Below, piece after piece: positions 39,209 to 49,635 of a DNA stretch of 64,000 bases; within the stretch, counting starts at the first letter, position 1, and each line of letters starts with the position of its first letter. Origin of the DNA: Betaproteobacteria bacterium (GTDB taxonomy: Bacteria; Pseudomonadota; Gammaproteobacteria; Burkholderiales; Rhodocyclaceae); assembly GCA_016709965.1 (NCBI GenBank), contig JADJLT010000003.1:48005-112004 (forward strand), given 5' to 3'. The notes under the pieces are model-generated. The model was not told where the DNA came from. It ran no database searches and worked only from the letters and a program-made list of their open reading frames with translations. The translations under genes and the position numbers were made by a program.

Positions 39209-40104
39209 GCCAGTGGTTTTCACTTCATCGCGCCGCGCTGGCTTTGGCTTTTCGCCGGCTATGGGCGACGCCGCTCAATACCTTGCTTTCGCTGCTTGTT
39301 ATCGGTATCGCGCTGACCTTGCCGGCTTTCGGTTATGTGGCGCTCGATAATCTGCGAACGCTCGGCAACAGCGCCTCCGGTGTGCAGCAGATCAGCCTGT
39401 TCATGAGCCTCGATGCCGGCAAGAAGGAAATCGGTGAAATCGAAAGCAGGTTGCGCCAGGCAGCGAATGGCAAGTGGCGTTTCGTGCCGAAGGAGGATGC
39501 ACTGAAGCACATGCAATCGAGCGAAGGCATGGCTGAAATCGTTGCCAGTCTGCCGCGCAATCCACTGCCCGATGCCTTCATTGTCGAGCCGGCCAATACC
39601 GAGCCGGAAGCGCTCGAAGTCCTGCGCAAGGAAATATCCGGCTGGCCCAAAGTGGCACATGTCCAGCTGGATTCGGCCTGGGTGAAGCGTTTCGATGCCT
39701 TCTTGCGGCTGGGCAAGCTGGCACTCTGGATGCTCGCCGGTTTGTTTGGCGCAGGCTTGGTGGCAGTGACGTTCAACACCATCCGCCTCCAGGTGATGGC
39801 GCAGTCGGCAGAAATCGAGGTGGCGCGGATGATTGGTGCGACCGATGGCTTCATTCGCCGGCCGTTCTATTATTTCGGCGCCTTGCAGGGCGCACTTGGC
39901 GGCTTGCTGGCAGCGCTGCTGGTGGTCGGTGCCTTGCGCATGCTGGCCGGGCCGGTGGGCGAACTGGCGACCCTCTACGGTGGCAGTTTTGCCTTGCGCT
40001 TGCCGGGGCTGAGCGAGATTCTGGGGCTGGCCGGGGTGGGTGCCTTGCTGGGCTGGATAGGAGCCCAGCTTTCCGTCAGTTTGTCGCTGCGTAAATTTGA
40101 CTGA
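39205..40104 (+). CDS. ftsX: Cell-division permease-like protein FtsX
   Basis: 299 aa with four hydrophobic segments and a periplasmic loop. 4-nt overlap with ftsE. Confidence 0.9.
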   Translation: MSQWFSLHRAALALAFRRLWATPLNTLLSLLVIGIALTLPAFGYVALDNLRTLGNSASGVQQISLFMSLDAGKKEIGEIESRLRQAANGKWRFVPKEDALKHMQSSEGMAEIVASLPRNPLPDAFIVEPANTEPEALEVLRKEISGWPKVAHVQLDSAWVKRFDAFLRLGKLALWMLAGLFGAGLVAVTFNTIRLQVMAQSAEIEVARMIGATDGFIRRPFYYFGALQGALGGLLAALLVVGALRMLAGPVGELATLYGGSFALRLPGLSEILGLAGVGALLGWIGAQLSVSLSLRKFD

Positions 40105-41701
40105 TCGGCGGGAATTTTTGCGCATCGTCGGGGCCGCGGCCCTGACCGGATGCTCACCCGCTGCCAAACATCCCTTGCCGCCTGGCGACTTGCTGGGCAT
40201 GAATCACGCGCTTGGCCATCGCCTGCGCGATGGCGGTTTTCCGCCGCCTTCCGAAACGAGAAAGACCGGCGTGCTGATCGTTGGTGGCGGCATCTCCGGG
40301 CTATCGGCAGCCTGGAAACTGGCCAATGCTGCGGTCGACGACTTTTTGTTGCTGGAAATGGAAAGTGAAGTCGGTGGCAATTCGCGTGCCGGACAATCAC
40401 AGCTTGTCGCCTATCCGTGGGGCGCGCATTACCTGCCGCTACCGACGCGTGAGGCCGTACATGTCCGCGACTTGCTGGCTGAACTGGGTGTTTTGCAGGG
40501 TGATCCGGCGGCGCTCAGGCCAATTTACGACGAACGTTATCTGTGCGCGACGCCGCAGGAGCGGGTGTACCGCAATGGCTTCTGGGAAGAGGGTTTGCTG
40601 CCCCATCGCGGCCTGGATACAGCCGAGCGTGCGCAGCAGAAGCGCTTTCAGCAGCAGATGGAAGTGTTCAAGCGGGCGATTGGTCGGGATGGTCGGCGTG
40701 CCTTTGCCATTCCCATGGCCTTATCCAGCAGTGACCCGGCGTGGCGCGAGCTCGACAGGATTTCCTTTGCGCAATGGCTGAACGAAAACGGTTTCACGGC
40801 GAAGACTGTGCACTGGCTTGCCAACTATGCTTGCCGCGACGACTTCGGTATGGCGCATGATCAGGTATCGGCCTGGGCCGGCTTGCACTATTTTGCCTGT
40901 CGTAACGGAGAGGCTGGCAACGCGGCGAACGATGCGGTGCTGACGGCGCCGGAGGGCAATGCCTGGCTGGCACGTGGTTTGGCCCGCAAGGCTGGCGCAC
41001 GCGTGCTTACCGGGGCTATGGTCTGGCATATTGAAGAAGGAAAGTCGGGTGTTTCGGTCGATGCCTTGGTCGGTGAAAAATCCATCCGCTTCGAGGCGCA
41101 GCAATTGATTTGGGCGGCGCCCGCTTTTGTCTTGCCGCGCGTCTGGCCGGGCATTCCAGAGGCATTGAAATTGGCGGCGCTGGCAGGTGATTACGCGCCG
41201 TGGCTGGTCGCCAACCTGCATCTTTCGGATTTGCCGGAGGAGCGCTTGGGTGCGCCGGCCGCATGGGATAACGTTTTCTACGACAGCCCCGGTCTTGGTT
41301 ACGTGAGCGCCACGCATCAACTGATTCGCCGCCGGCTGACCGGTACGGTTTTGACCTACTACCGGGCGCTTCACGATGTGGCGCCAGCCGAGGGGCGACG
41401 CCTGCTGCTAGATACCCCGCGCGAAGCGTGGGCGGAAGGTATTCTTTCCGAGTTGGAGCGGGTGCATCCGGATATCCGCAAGCTGACGACCCGCCTCGAT
41501 GTCTTCCGGCATGGCCATGCCATGCGTCGTCCGGTGCCGGGCAGCCTGTTCCACGGTCAACGGGAAAAAATGGCCAATTTTGAAAACCTGCACATCAGCC
41601 TGGCCCATGCCGATTTGTCGGGATTCTCTTTGTTTGAAGAGGCGCAGTATCGTGGTGTCCTGGCGGCCGAGCGGGTAATGCGGCGCTACGACGCCAGATA
41701 G
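40097..41701 (+). CDS. Tat-exported, probably lipidated FAD/NAD(P)-binding oxidoreductase (amine-oxidase-like)
   Basis: The N-terminus MTDRREFLRIVGAAALTGC combines a twin-arginine motif and a lipobox-like Cys. Dinucleotide fold VLIVGGGISGLSAA. The TTG start overlaps the ftsX stop by 8 nt. Confidence 0.7.
   Translation: MTDRREFLRIVGAAALTGCSPAAKHPLPPGDLLGMNHALGHRLRDGGFPPPSETRKTGVLIVGGGISGLSAAWKLANAAVDDFLLLEMESEVGGNSRAGQSQLVAYPWGAHYLPLPTREAVHVRDLLAELGVLQGDPAALRPIYDERYLCATPQERVYRNGFWEEGLLPHRGLDTAERAQQKRFQQQMEVFKRAIGRDGRRAFAIPMALSSSDPAWRELDRISFAQWLNENGFTAKTVHWLANYACRDDFGMAHDQVSAWAGLHYFACRNGEAGNAANDAVLTAPEGNAWLARGLARKAGARVLTGAMVWHIEEGKSGVSVDALVGEKSIRFEAQQLIWAAPAFVLPRVWPGIPEALKLAALAGDYAPWLVANLHLSDLPEERLGAPAAWDNVFYDSPGLGYVSATHQLIRRRLTGTVLTYYRALHDVAPAEGRRLLLDTPREAWAEGILSELERVHPDIRKLTTRLDVFRHGHAMRRPVPGSLFHGQREKMANFENLHISLAHADLSGFSLFEEAQYRGVLAAERVMRRYDAR
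41551..41587 (+). repeat. Dispersed CGGTCAAC/A-tract repeat, copy c12, in-frame near the 3' end of the oxidoreductase gene
   Basis: CCACGGTCAACGGGAAAAAATGGCCAATTTTGAAAAC, encoding HGQREKMANFEN. Confidence 0.75.
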
Positions 41702-44700
41702 TGCAGCAGCAACATCTTGAGGTCTTGCGGGTCAACCGGCTTGACGATGAAGTCATTCATGCCTGCATCGAGGCAACGCTCGCGATCCTCGGCGAAGGCG
41801 TTGGCTGTCATGGCAATGATGGGCAGCAGCGTGTACTGCGACTGGGCCCGGATATGACGAGTTGCCTCCAGCCCATCCATTTCAGGCATCTGCATGTCCA
41901 TCAGAATAAGGTCGAAGGTCTTCGTTTTGAGGATGTCGAGGGCTTGGCGGCCGTTTTCGGCCGTGTCGGCGGTGATGTCGTATTCGCGGAGCAGTTCCAA
42001 GGCAATTTCGCGGTTGATCGGTTCGTCTTCAACGACCAGCAGATGGCGTCCGGCCAGACTGTCGTGTACCGCTTGCATTGAAAGGCCGGCAAAGGTTGAG
42101 GTCAGCGCATCCATGGCTTCATCACCGGGTTTGAGTCGGGCGCTGAACCAGAAGCGGCTGCCCGCGCCAAGGCGACTGGTTACGCCAACGCGGCCCCCCA
42201 TCAGTTCGGCGAGGCGGCGAGTAATGGCCAGGCCCAAACCGGTGCCACCGAATTTACGGCTGGTTGAGCTGTCGGCCTGTTCAAAAATACCGAACAGGCG
42301 AGGGATGGACTCTTCGGCAATGCCGATGCCGGTATCTTCGACTTCAAAGCGGAGTTGAACGCCGTCGGCGTTTTCAGAGAGGCGACGGGCTCTGATCGTG
42401 ACGCTGCCCCGTTCCGTGAACTTGATGGCGTTGGCGGTGTAATTGATCAGGCATTGGATGATGCGCGTCGGGTCACCGATCAGCGTGTGTTCAAAGGGGT
42501 CGGATTCGGTCAAAAGCTCCAGCCCTTTTTCGTGGGCGCGTTCGCCGAGGACAGAGGTGACGCGTTTGAGAATGCTGTTGATATCGACCTTGGTCTCGTC
42601 AAGCTGCAGCTTGCCGGCTTCGATCTTTGAAATATCGAGGATATCGTTGATGACGGCGAGCAGATGCTGCGAAGCATTGTCGATCTTGTCGAGGCGATCG
42701 ATTTGCACTGGGGTCGGGTTGTCGCGACGCAACAGGTAAACCATGCCGAGAACCGCATTGAGCGGCGTGCGGATTTCGTGGCTCATGTTGGCGAGGAAGG
42801 CACTCTTCGAACGACTCGATGCCTCCGCTGCCTGACGGGCAATTTCGAGCTGTGCGGTGCGTTGTTCGACCTGTTTTTCCAGGTTTTGTCGGTGCTCTTC
42901 AAGCGCCTTGGCATGGCGCAAGGTCTCGCTGATGTCCGAAAAGGCAACAACGACGCCAGTAACGACGCCATCGTGCCGTTTGGGGGTTATCGTCAGGCGC
43001 ACCGGAAAGGCTGTCCCGTCCTTGCGCCAGAATACATCTTCCGTCCGGCGCAGTTTGCCATCCTGGGCGGTAAGCCGGATTGGGCATTCAGATTCCGGAT
43101 ACGTGCTTCCATCAGATCGATGGCGATGGAACAAGGTGTGGGAATTTCGGCCCAGCACCTCTTTTTCCTCGAACCCCAGTTGTGCCAGACCGGCTGGATT
43201 CATGAAGGAACAGACGCCGTAGAGGTCGGTCCCGAAAATGCCTTCCCCCAGTGTTTCAAATATCATGCGCTGGCGCGCTTCGCTCTCGATCAGCGCACGT
43301 TCGGCGCTGGCCAGATCGGCCAGGTCAATATCCAGGCAGAACATCATGGGGCCGCGATCGGCCGTATCCAGAATGGTGTGACTGGAATACACCTCGACAG
43401 GTTGTCCATTTTTGTGGCGCAGCGTCATTCGACCCGCCGGAATGCCGGTCTTGTGCTCGAACATCCATTGCACCGCATTGTGCACGCCTTCATGCATCGC
43501 CGGCGGGATGATCAGTTCCAGCAATGATTTTCCCAGCGCCTCTTCCTGTGTATAGCCGTAAAGCGTTTGCGAGGCGTGGTTCCAGTAAGCAACGGTGCCA
43601 TCTACCAGATAGCCCTGAATGGACAGGGCATCGACATTTTCGAAAATGGCACGAAAGCGGGCTTCGGTCGAGGTCAGCTCCGCCATGGTCTGCTTGTTGC
43701 GCGCGCGCTCGGCCTTGAGGCGCCGATTGTTCCTGAACAGTATGAAAACGGCGAGCAGGACAGCGCCCAGAATCAGCAGGGTGACGATCGCAACCACCCA
43801 AGCATATTGTGCAATGACCTCGGCCAAGCTGACATTGGGGGCAGTGTCGAAAGGCGGGAAGCGCATTTTGCGCAACAAATCCTCGACCGGGCGGTAGTCG
43901 GCGGGAATGCTGAAGCCGTAAATGTTGGCGGCCATGGCGACATCACCGTTGTGGGGCAAGGTCAGAATGGCAGCAGCGAGTTGCCGGGCAAAGCGTTCAT
44001 CCGCCCAGGGCATGGCCGCCAGCGGCCATTCCGGATACAGGCGGGTCGAGTGGATCAGGGGATAGTCGTCTTCCTTGGCGTTGATGATGCGCAGGCGTCG
44101 GGCGTCCAGCTTCTTGTCTTTTTCCATCGCTTCGATCAGGCCGGTGCGCACAAAGGCAGCGTCGGCATGGCCGGCCAGCAATTCGACGATTGCCTGATCC
44201 TGGGATGGCCCTGTTTCGAGAATCCTGGCATCGTCCGGGAGTTGGATTCCCCGCTGCATCATTTCATAGGCTTGCGCCATGTAGCCACCCAGCTCGGCCT
44301 TGCTGCTGACAGCAATGCGCTTGCCGGCGAGGTCGGCAAGGCTCTGAATGTCCTTCTGGTCTGAACGGGCGGCAATGACGCCGCTAATACTGGGCAAGGG
44401 TTTGTCTCCCAGTTTTTCGATCAGAGTGGCGAGTGGTGACAGCAAGCCCTCGCGTTGGGCGAGCAAAATGTAGTGAGCGGGTTGGGTCAGGACGAAGTCG
44501 ACCTGCTTTTCGCGGATGGCGGCTTCCAGGTCCTTCTGGCCAAGAGCGACCAGCTCAAGGCGTCGGCCGAGATTGGCGTTGTTGAGGTAGTCGATCAGCG
44601 GTTGCCAGCGTGCGATGGTTTCGGGCTGGGGGCGAAAGGCCAGAATTGCGAATTTGGCTGGTTTTTTACCGTTGACCGCGGGAGTCGCCGCGGGGATGGT

Positions 44701-44793
44701 ACTCGCTTCCATGATTGCGGCTGACGGTTGTTCGTCCGCATTGGCCTGCGACAGGCCAAATGCCAAGCTGAATATCAGGCCAAGTATCGCCAT
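41686..44793 (-). CDS. Hybrid sensor histidine kinase / response regulator with a periplasmic PhnD-like solute-binding domain and PAS domains
   Basis: Signal peptide from the ATG at 44793. Periplasmic FAILAFRPQ...VDFVLTQP. H-box MSHEIRTPLNAVLG. HATPase DTGIGI...GGTGLGLAI. REC DLILMDMQMPEMDG...KP. Confidence 0.85.
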   Translation of the reverse strand: MAILGLIFSLAFGLSQANADEQPSAAIMEASTIPAATPAVNGKKPAKFAILAFRPQPETIARWQPLIDYLNNANLGRRLELVALGQKDLEAAIREKQVDFVLTQPAHYILLAQREGLLSPLATLIEKLGDKPLPSISGVIAARSDQKDIQSLADLAGKRIAVSSKAELGGYMAQAYEMMQRGIQLPDDARILETGPSQDQAIVELLAGHADAAFVRTGLIEAMEKDKKLDARRLRIINAKEDDYPLIHSTRLYPEWPLAAMPWADERFARQLAAAILTLPHNGDVAMAANIYGFSIPADYRPVEDLLRKMRFPPFDTAPNVSLAEVIAQYAWVVAIVTLLILGAVLLAVFILFRNNRRLKAERARNKQTMAELTSTEARFRAIFENVDALSIQGYLVDGTVAYWNHASQTLYGYTQEEALGKSLLELIIPPAMHEGVHNAVQWMFEHKTGIPAGRMTLRHKNGQPVEVYSSHTILDTADRGPMMFCLDIDLADLASAERALIESEARQRMIFETLGEGIFGTDLYGVCSFMNPAGLAQLGFEEKEVLGRNSHTLFHRHRSDGSTYPESECPIRLTAQDGKLRRTEDVFWRKDGTAFPVRLTITPKRHDGVVTGVVVAFSDISETLRHAKALEEHRQNLEKQVEQRTAQLEIARQAAEASSRSKSAFLANMSHEIRTPLNAVLGMVYLLRRDNPTPVQIDRLDKIDNASQHLLAVINDILDISKIEAGKLQLDETKVDINSILKRVTSVLGERAHEKGLELLTESDPFEHTLIGDPTRIIQCLINYTANAIKFTERGSVTIRARRLSENADGVQLRFEVEDTGIGIAEESIPRLFGIFEQADSSTSRKFGGTGLGLAITRRLAELMGGRVGVTSRLGAGSRFWFSARLKPGDEAMDALTSTFAGLSMQAVHDSLAGRHLLVVEDEPINREIALELLREYDITADTAENGRQALDILKTKTFDLILMDMQMPEMDGLEATRHIRAQSQYTLLPIIAMTANAFAEDRERCLDAGMNDFIVKPVDPQDLKMLLLHYLAS
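44642..44680 (-). repeat. Dispersed CGGTCAAC/A-tract repeat, copy c10, in-frame just after the kinase signal peptide
   Basis: The minus strand reads CGCGGTCAACGGTAAAAAACCAGCCAAATTCGCAATTCT, encoding AVNGKKPAKFAIL. Confidence 0.7.
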
Positions 44794-44941
44794 GGCTCGC
44801 CAAAGCCAATGATCGACCACCTTATGGAAGCATACGTGCACACCGACCCCATTGGACCTTGCCAGCAATATCCTATGATAGTCGCAATTGGCAATACTCA
44901 CGAATGGTTATTTCCATATGGCATAGACATTTGCCTTTAAG

Positions 44942-46156
44942 TCAGTAGAGCATGAAATCGTTGATTTGTTCCTGCCAGGCATGCTCGTCGGCCTTGGCAA
45001 ACCGATCCAGATCGGCTGCTGCCGAGGCTGAATCGTCCACCCATTCGCGCAACAGTGGCGAACCGTTGATGAGATCGATGGCCAGCCGGTCATGTTCGTA
45101 TTCGTAGGCAAAATCACGCCACAGCGGATAATCGGGGTAGAGCCGACGAATGGCCTTGAAGGCTAGCGCCTGCAAGCGCCAGGGGCGGAAGGCGGCATGC
45201 TCGTAGCTGGCGTCTTCGACATGAATCTGCAGGCCGTTGCAAAGCTTGCCGGCATGCTTGTGAAAAGTTGGCTCGAACCAGCATTCGCGCAGCTTGCAGC
45301 CTTGCAGCCAGTGCGGGGCGAAGCGGCGCATTTCAGCAAGAACGGCGCGCGCATCGATATCAGGTGCGCCGAACAGTTCCAGGGGGCGCGTCGTGCCGCG
45401 TCCTTCGGACAGCGTAGCGCCTTCGAGCATCACTGTGCCGGCGTAGGCGCGGGCCATCCACAGGTTGGGTGCGTTCGGGCTGGGGTTGATCCAGGTTCGT
45501 TCGCCGAGTGGCCAGCCGTAGCCGGGCGCGGTATCCGGCTGCCAGCCTTGCATCGTGACCACTTTGTAATCGACATTGAGCTTCAGGGTGGCGATGAACC
45601 ATTGGCCAAGTTCGCCCATGGTCAGGCCGTGGCGCATCGGCATGGCGCCGGCGCCGACAAAACTCTCCCAGCCCTCGCGCAGCGTCAGGCCTTCGATCGG
45701 CCGGCCGGCCGGGTTGGGGCGGTCGAGCACCCAGACGCTTTTGCCATGCCTGGCCGCGGCTTCGAGCACGTAACGCAGCGTGGTGATGAAGGTGTAGATA
45801 CGGCACCCAAGGTCTTGCAAATCGACGAGCAAAACGTCGAAGCTGTCCATCATCGCATCAGTCGGCCGCCGTACTTCACCGTAAAGGCTGAAGACCGGAA
45901 TGCCGAGTTGCGGATCGAGGAAGTCGGGTGACTCGACCATGTTGTCCTGTTTGTCACCGCGCAGACCGTGCTGGGGCCCGAAGGCCGCACTCAGTTTGAG
46001 GTCGGGCAGCGCGGCAAGGGCGTCGAGCGAATGGGTCAAGTCGGCGGTCACCGATGCCGGGTGGGCGAGCAGGGCGATGCGCTTGCCGGCCAGCGTTCGG
46101 CGCAGGTCCGGGTCGGCAAGCAGGCGGTCAAGGCCAAACTGGATGGGCTGTGTCAT
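44942..46156 (-). CDS. DUF1343-family protein (NamZ-like exo-beta-N-acetylmuramidase family)
   Basis: 404 aa. GKRIALLAHPASV...FGPQHGLRGD...VDLQDLGCRIYTFITT, as remembered for DUF1343. Confidence 0.8.
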   Translation of the reverse strand: MTQPIQFGLDRLLADPDLRRTLAGKRIALLAHPASVTADLTHSLDALAALPDLKLSAAFGPQHGLRGDKQDNMVESPDFLDPQLGIPVFSLYGEVRRPTDAMMDSFDVLLVDLQDLGCRIYTFITTLRYVLEAAARHGKSVWVLDRPNPAGRPIEGLTLREGWESFVGAGAMPMRHGLTMGELGQWFIATLKLNVDYKVVTMQGWQPDTAPGYGWPLGERTWINPSPNAPNLWMARAYAGTVMLEGATLSEGRGTTRPLELFGAPDIDARAVLAEMRRFAPHWLQGCKLRECWFEPTFHKHAGKLCNGLQIHVEDASYEHAAFRPWRLQALAFKAIRRLYPDYPLWRDFAYEYEHDRLAIDLINGSPLLREWVDDSASAAADLDRFAKADEHAWQEQINDFMLY

Positions 46157-46707
46157 GGCATGTTTCGGTGGAAGGTCAGCGCGAAGCTCTGACGGAGATG
46201 AAAATCGGGTTGCGGCGCACCGTGTTCAAGTGCCCAGTAGCTTTTGCTGCTGTCGGCAGTTTCGATCACCAAGCTGATGCCTAGTAACAGCGTCTGCTCG
46301 TCAGGCAGCAATTCGCGGGCGATGGATGCATCAAGCTGGAAGCCATCGGGTCGTGATTGAAGGGAGATCAGCGGTGCTGCGGCAGGGACAAAGTCGGCAT
46401 CACGTTCCCGGTAATCGTTGAAACGATAGGCTGCCCACTGGCCCGAGGGGGAAAAATTGAATTCCTGGTATTTTTTCCGGTTGACCGTGGCAATGAAGGC
46501 TTCGCAGCAGGTGTGCTGCCAAAGATTGTCAGCGGGGCCGGAAGGCTGCGCGAGGGGAAGTTGGATGTCTTCAGTCCTTCCGCTCACGCGAAATGACAGA
46601 TCAAGGCCGCCGGCAGCGTTGCCGTGCACCACGATTTCGATGCAGTCGATGGCGCTACAAGGGCTGGCTTGATGACAACTCAGGGTGGCGTGGTGCGCTG
46701 GGTTCAA
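46153..46707 (-). CDS. DOMON/CBM9-like domain protein, co-transcribed with the DUF1343 gene
   Basis: 184 aa with a 4-nt overlap with the downstream gene. The beta-rich pattern NLWQHTCCEAF...EFNFSPSGQWAAYRF is consistent with DOMON-like proteins. Motif recall only. Confidence 0.5.
   Translation of the reverse strand: MNPAHHATLSCHQASPCSAIDCIEIVVHGNAAGGLDLSFRVSGRTEDIQLPLAQPSGPADNLWQHTCCEAFIATVNRKKYQEFNFSPSGQWAAYRFNDYRERDADFVPAAAPLISLQSRPDGFQLDASIARELLPDEQTLLLGISLVIETADSSKSYWALEHGAPQPDFHLRQSFALTFHRNMP
46452..46494 (-). repeat. Dispersed CGGTCAAC/A-tract repeat, copy c9, in-frame in the DOMON-like gene
   Basis: The minus strand reads ATTGCCACGGTCAACCGGAAAAAATACCAGGAATTCAATTTTT, encoding IATVNRKKYQEFNF. 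Confidence 0.7.
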
Positions 46708-46766
46708 GGTGGCGTCGGGCGGTGAATACGGAAGGCAGGCGGTACTTTAACTGCTTGTTCCGGATG

Positions 46767-46800
46767 TTGCTGCGGTCAACACCGAAAAATGGCCAAAATC
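46767..46800 (+). repeat. Dispersed CGGTCAAC/A-tract repeat, copy c3 (divergent intergenic region)
   Basis: TTGCTGCGGTCAACACCGAAAAATGGCCAAAATC. It forms an inverted pair with c9 about 270 bp away. Confidence 0.8.
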
Positions 46801-46875
46801 CGCATACGCCCTTGGTCGGACAGGGCATTTGGAGTAACTTACCGCCTTTCAACAAATGCTTTCCGGGAGAGAAAA

Positions 46876-48240
46876 GTGACCCCGCTGCGCATCAATTTAG
46901 ACCAAGAAGATATCCCAACCCACTGGTACAACGTGGTTGCTGATCTGGCACATCCGCCGGCCCCGCCACTCGGGCCCGATGGCAACCCGGTGCCGCCGGA
47001 AGCAATGGGCGCCATTTTCCCCGGGCCGATTCTTGAGCAGGAAATGTCAGCCGAGCGCTGGATCGCCATCCCCGAGGAAGTCCGTCAGATTTACGCGCTG
47101 TGGCGTCCCGCCCCGCTCTGTCGGGCGCTGCGTCTGGAGCAGGCGCTCGGTACGCCCGCCAAGATTTTCTACAAATACGAAGGCGTTTCGCCCGCTGGTT
47201 CGCACAAGCCGAACTCTGCCGTGCCGCAGGCCTACTTCAACAAGATTGCAGGCACCAAACGCCTGACCACCGAAACCGGCGCCGGTCAGTGGGGTTCGTC
47301 GATTGCCTTCGCCGGTCAGATGTTTGGCCTGCCGGTGCGCGTTTTCATGGTCAAGGTCAGCTATCAGCAGAAGCCATTCCGTCGTTCGATGATGCAGACC
47401 TGGGGGGCGGAGGTCTTCGCCAGCCCGAGTGACCTGACCAATGCGGGTCGTGCGGCGCTGGCTGCCGATCCGGATAATCAAGGGTCGCTCGGATTGGCGA
47501 TTTCAGAAGCGGTTGAAGAGGCCGCCGCCGATCCTGGCACCTGCTATACCTTGGGCTCAGTTCTCAACCACGTGCTGCTGCACCAGAGTGTTATTGGTCT
47601 TGAGGCCAAGAAGCAGTTCGATAAAATCGGTCTCTACCCGGATGTGATCTTCGGCCCTTGCGGCGGTGGTTCCAGTTTTGGCGGCATTGCCTTTCCGTTT
47701 CTCGCCGACAAGGCGGCAGGTGACAAGCGCGCGACCAAGCTGCGTTGCGTCGCGGTCGAGCCCACCTCTTGCCCGACCCTGACCAAAGGGCATTACGCCT
47801 ACGATTACGGCGATGTTTCCGGCTACACCCCGATCATGAAAATGTACACGCTCGGCCACGACTTCATGCCGCCGGGCATCCACGCTGGCGGCCTGCGCTA
47901 CCACGGTGATTCGCCACTGGTCTCGCAGCTGCTCCATGATGGCCTGATCGAGGCGCAGGCCGTGCCGCAGGTTGCCACCTTCGAGGCGGGCGTTCAGTTT
48001 GCCCGCGCCGAAGGCATCATTCCTGCGCCCGAGTCATGCCACGCCATTCGCGCTGCCATTGACGAGGCGCTGAAATGCAAGGTGACTGGTGAAGCCAAAA
48101 CAATCCTCTTCAGCCTGACCGGCCACGGTCACTTTGACATGGCTTCCTACGACAAGTTTTTTGCCGGACAGCTAGAGGATTTTGACTATCCGGAAGAGGC
48201 CATTGCCGAATCCCTGAAGCATTTGCCAAAGGTGGGTTGA
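46876..48240 (+). CDS. TrpB-like PLP-dependent enzyme (TrpB2 class), stand-alone
   Basis: IPTHWYN...[17 protein letters not shown]...GAGQWGSS...GGGSSFGG. The GTG at 46876 follows GGGAGAGAAAA. The ATG at 46789 would include repeat c3. Confidence 0.85.
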   Translation: MTPLRINLDQEDIPTHWYNVVADLAHPPAPPLGPDGNPVPPEAMGAIFPGPILEQEMSAERWIAIPEEVRQIYALWRPAPLCRALRLEQALGTPAKIFYKYEGVSPAGSHKPNSAVPQAYFNKIAGTKRLTTETGAGQWGSSIAFAGQMFGLPVRVFMVKVSYQQKPFRRSMMQTWGAEVFASPSDLTNAGRAALAADPDNQGSLGLAISEAVEEAAADPGTCYTLGSVLNHVLLHQSVIGLEAKKQFDKIGLYPDVIFGPCGGGSSFGGIAFPFLADKAAGDKRATKLRCVAVEPTSCPTLTKGHYAYDYGDVSGYTPIMKMYTLGHDFMPPGIHAGGLRYHGDSPLVSQLLHDGLIEAQAVPQVATFEAGVQFARAEGIIPAPESCHAIRAAIDEALKCKVTGEAKTILFSLTGHGHFDMASYDKFFAGQLEDFDYPEEAIAESLKHLPKVG

Positions 48241-48244
48241 GCCT

Positions 48245-48955
48245 GTGAAAATCCTTGTTTTTCTGCTCGTGCTGGGCAATCTTCTGTTCTATGCGTTTGG
48301 CGCCGGCTACTTCGGCAGCGCGGAAAATCCGGATTCTGAACGAGTCAATCAACAAGTCGTACCGGAACGTATGAAGATTGTCTCGCGCGGCGAAGCGCCG
48401 GTTATCTCCCCCAAGCCCGAGCCAGCGGTTGAAGACCCCAAGCCGGAAGCCGCGCAAGAGCCGGAAGCGCCGATCAAGGAGACAAAGGCGGACACCACGC
48501 CGGTCTGCCTTGCCTGGCGCCAGCTTTCGGTGGCCGATGCTGATCGCCTTTCGGTCTTGTTGGCGAAGCGTTTTTCGGGCTTCAAGTTGATTCGCAAGAC
48601 GCTTGCCGCGGAGGGAAACGGTTGGTGGGTATTCGTTTCCCCTCAGCCCAACAAGGCAGAGGCAGACAAGAAGGCTGCCGAGTTGCGTGAATTCGGTGTC
48701 AAGGATTTCTTTGTTATCCAGGATGGCCCAAATCGGTTCGCCATTTCGCTGGGGGTATTCTCTACCGAAAAAGGCAGTCAGGATCGCTTGGCTGAACTGA
48801 AAGCCAAGGGGGTTCGCTCGGCGGCGGCCGGACCTCGCCCCGGCAAGGATAGCGTCGTGAACTTGCAGGCCAGAGGCCTGGCGTCCGAAAAGCCGGCGCT
48901 ACTGGCAGCGGTTGCTGATGCGCTTCCGAAGGTTCAACTGCAGGCTTGCAAGTGA
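48245..48955 (+). CDS. SPOR-domain membrane protein
   Basis: N-terminal TM ILVFLLVLGNLLFYAF, Pro/Glu-rich linker, C-terminal GWWVFVSPQPNKAEADKKAAELREFGVKDFFVI...FAISLGVF. Confidence 0.7.
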   Translation: MKILVFLLVLGNLLFYAFGAGYFGSAENPDSERVNQQVVPERMKIVSRGEAPVISPKPEPAVEDPKPEAAQEPEAPIKETKADTTPVCLAWRQLSVADADRLSVLLAKRFSGFKLIRKTLAAEGNGWWVFVSPQPNKAEADKKAAELREFGVKDFFVIQDGPNRFAISLGVFSTEKGSQDRLAELKAKGVRSAAAGPRPGKDSVVNLQARGLASEKPALLAAVADALPKVQLQACK

Positions 48956-49575
48956 GCGATTTCATCGTCGGGGTGACCGGGGGGATCGGCAGTGGCAAGA
49001 GTACGGTGGCGGATGCCTTCGTTGGGTTGGGGGCGGGCCTGGTTGACACCGATGTGATCGCCCGCGAACTGACCATGGCGAACGGCGCGGCAATGCCGGC
49101 ATTGGTCGCCGAATTTGGCCCGGAAATTGTTGGAAAAGATGGGGCCATGGATCGATCGGCCGTGCGTCAACGGGTATTCGCAGATCCCTCGGCCCGGGAA
49201 AGGCTTGAGGCAATCCTGCATCCGCTGATTCGACAGATATCGACAGAGCGTTGTCTGGCCGCGACCGAACCCTATGTTATTTTGGCTGTCCCGCTATTGG
49301 TTGAGTCGGGCAATTACAACGAGCGTTGCGACCGGATTGTTGTGGTTGACTGCCCGGAAAGTGTTCAAATCGAGCGTGTCATTGAGCGTAATGGTCTGTC
49401 GGTTGACGAGGTAAAGGCCATCATGGCGGCGCAGGCAACGCGTCAACAACGACTTTTTGCTGCAAATGACGTTGTTGTTAATGATGGCCTGAGAACAAAA
49501 ATTTACGAACAGGTTAATGCCTTGCATTTAAAGTATCTGGCACTGGCTGGTGAAAAACTTAAAGCAAGCTGTTGA
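48952..49575 (+). CDS. coaE: Dephospho-CoA kinase
   Basis: VGVTGGIGSGKST. The GTG at 48952 overlaps the upstream stop (GTGA). The TTG at 48946 is an alternative start. Confidence 0.9.
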   Translation: MSDFIVGVTGGIGSGKSTVADAFVGLGAGLVDTDVIARELTMANGAAMPALVAEFGPEIVGKDGAMDRSAVRQRVFADPSARERLEAILHPLIRQISTERCLAATEPYVILAVPLLVESGNYNERCDRIVVVDCPESVQIERVIERNGLSVDEVKAIMAAQATRQQRLFAANDVVVNDGLRTKIYEQVNALHLKYLALAGEKLKASC

Positions 49576-49635
49576 GATTTGCCTGCAAATAGCTCAGAAT
49601 AAACATAATTTTCCGTTTCTTCGGACCCTCGCCGC

